Of a stretch of DNA of 32,000 nt, positions 30,998 to 32,000 are shown piece by piece; position 1 is the first letter of the stretch; each line of letters starts with the position of its first letter. Location: positions 30,001-62,000 of the forward strand of contig NZ_AP024987.1 in assembly GCF_020885515.1 (NCBI RefSeq), written 5' to 3'. The translations under genes were made by a program, and so were the position numbers. The notes under the pieces were generated by a model. The model made no database searches. It was given only the letters and a program-made list of their open reading frames with translations, and was not told the origin of the DNA. The DNA is from a cyanobacterium endosymbiont of Braarudosphaera bigelowii (GTDB taxonomy: Bacteria > Cyanobacteriota > Cyanobacteriia > Cyanobacteriales > Microcystaceae).

Positions 30998-32000
30998 ATG
31001 ACCTCTCTTCTTCAAGAATCAAAAGAAAACATATCTTCATCTCTCTTAAAAACAATAACTCTTGATGTAGCAGGTATGAAATGTGCTAGCTGTGTTAAAG
31101 CTGTAGAAAAAAAACTCTTAGAACAGCCTGGAGTAATTTCTGCTCAAGTTAACTTAATTACTGAAGTTGCTGTTGTTGAATATAATACTGAAGCTGTACA
31201 ATCATCATCTTTAACTGAGAAATTGACAATAATAGGTTTTCCATCTAGTGTTCGTACTTCACAAAATCTTACCATTCAACAAAGAAAACTTAAAAGTAAT
31301 CAGCACCAGCAAAAAGAAGAAACACAACAAAAAATTAATCTTTCTATTGCTACTATTTTGATTTTCATCTCTAGCCTAGGTCATCTAACATATATAGGTG
31401 GACCAGATTTTTTTATATTAAATGACTTAAGATTTCATTGGGTTTTAGCTACTATAGCAATTGTCATTCCAGGATTTGATATTTTTCTTGATGGCTGGCG
31501 TGGATTAGTTAACGGAATAGCCAATATGAATACTTTGGTTGGATTGGGAACTTTTAGTGCATACTCAATTAGTTGTGTTGCATTAATATTTCCTGATCTA
31601 GGTTGGGAATGTTTCTTTGATGAGCCAGTGATGTTATTAGGATTTATTTTACTAGGTCGTATTTTAGAAAAGCGGGCCAAAAACCGTGCTTCGTCAGCCA
31701 TAGAGTCCTTAATTGAATTACAACCCGCATTAGCCCGTCTAAGTAGTGATCCGTTTTCAGAAAATCAGTCTAGTATAGAAATTCCTGTTGAGCAAGTTCG
31801 TTTGGGAGAATATATAAAAATATTACCCGGTGATAAGATTCCTGTAGATGGAAGGATTATTACTGGAGAAACTACTATTGATGAATCACTAGTCACTGGA
31901 GAATCGATGCCTGTAGTAAAAAAAACAGGCGAAGAAGTATTCGTAGGTACATTAAATCATTCGGGTTTAATCATTATTGAAACAACTCGCATTGGTAAAA
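30998..32000 (+). CDS. Copper-translocating P1B-type ATPase (CtaA/PacS-like), N-terminal about 334 codons; continues beyond the window
   Basis: This ORF is absent from the ORF track because it is open-ended. My hand translation from ATG 30998 found no stop up to 32000. The product begins MTSLLQESKENISSSLLKTITLDVAGMKCASCVKAVEKKLLEQPGVISAQVNLITEVAVVEY, an HMA domain with CxxC. TM helices follow, then the actuator region ILPGDKIPVDGRIITGETTIDESLVTGESMPV. Confidence 0.9.
   Translation, partial: MTSLLQESKENISSSLLKTITLDVAGMKCASCVKAVEKKLLEQPGVISAQVNLITEVAVVEYNTEAVQSSSLTEKLTIIGFPSSVRTSQNLTIQQRKLKSNQHQQKEETQQKINLSIATILIFISSLGHLTYIGGPDFFILNDLRFHWVLATIAIVIPGFDIFLDGWRGLVNGIANMNTLVGLGTFSAYSISCVALIFPDLGWECFFDEPVMLLGFILLGRILEKRAKNRASSAIESLIELQPALARLSSDPFSENQSSIEIPVEQVRLGEYIKILPGDKIPVDGRIITGETTIDESLVTGESMPVVKKTGEEVFVGTLNHSGLIIIETTRIGK

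Noticed and set aside
31435-31701. 88-aa ORF (-) near the window end
   Set aside because: It is antisense to the open-ended copper P-type ATPase frame, which carries clear HMA and actuator-domain motifs.
1-32000. Search for CRISPR arrays, tandem repeats, IS/transposase or integrase genes, tRNA/rRNA genes, and defence or biosynthetic clusters
   Set aside because: By eye I found no regularly spaced direct repeats, no tRNA-like GTTCGAATC/T-loop contexts with GC-rich stems, and no nuclease, methylase or transposase-like ORFs. The window reads as core genome. A tRNAscan-SE/Infernal pass would make the RNA-gene negative definitive.

Overview
This window is an AT-rich (roughly 30% GC by eye) piece of cyanobacterial core chromosome. 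It holds about 25 intact housekeeping genes on both strands: an OprB-type porin (3' part), ftsH, a YGGT protein, an ABC exporter, ferredoxin-type sulfite reductase, mgtE, aroC, two small unknown proteins, a SpoU methyltransferase, dapL, a lipoprotein, RNase II/R, tilS, ccsA, ruvB, a GT9 glycosyltransferase, nadD, nadE, an LD-carboxypeptidase, an SDR epimerase, trmD, clpS, a CPBP protease, and the 5' part of a copper P-type ATPase that the ORF track misses because it runs off the window. Cyanobacterial origin is supported by DapL, CcsA, Fd-Sir, YGGT, the porin type and a HIP1 octamer. I found no rRNA, tRNA, CRISPR array, transposase, integrase, phage gene, toxin-antitoxin pair or recognisable defence or secondary-metabolite cluster, and I do not claim a novel multi-gene system here. 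The unexplained signal is non-coding. Coding density is only about 78% by my calls. Two spacers free of plausible ORFs are unusually long (1067 bp and 732 bp). Four unrelated, perfectly paired palindromes of 20-26 bp occur; three sit just downstream of gene 3' ends, and one is an orphan inside a divergent promoter region. Intact core genes combined with low GC and long empty spacers suggest a reduced-genome cyanobacterium, possibly UCYN-A-like or spheroid-body-like. That lineage call is inference only.
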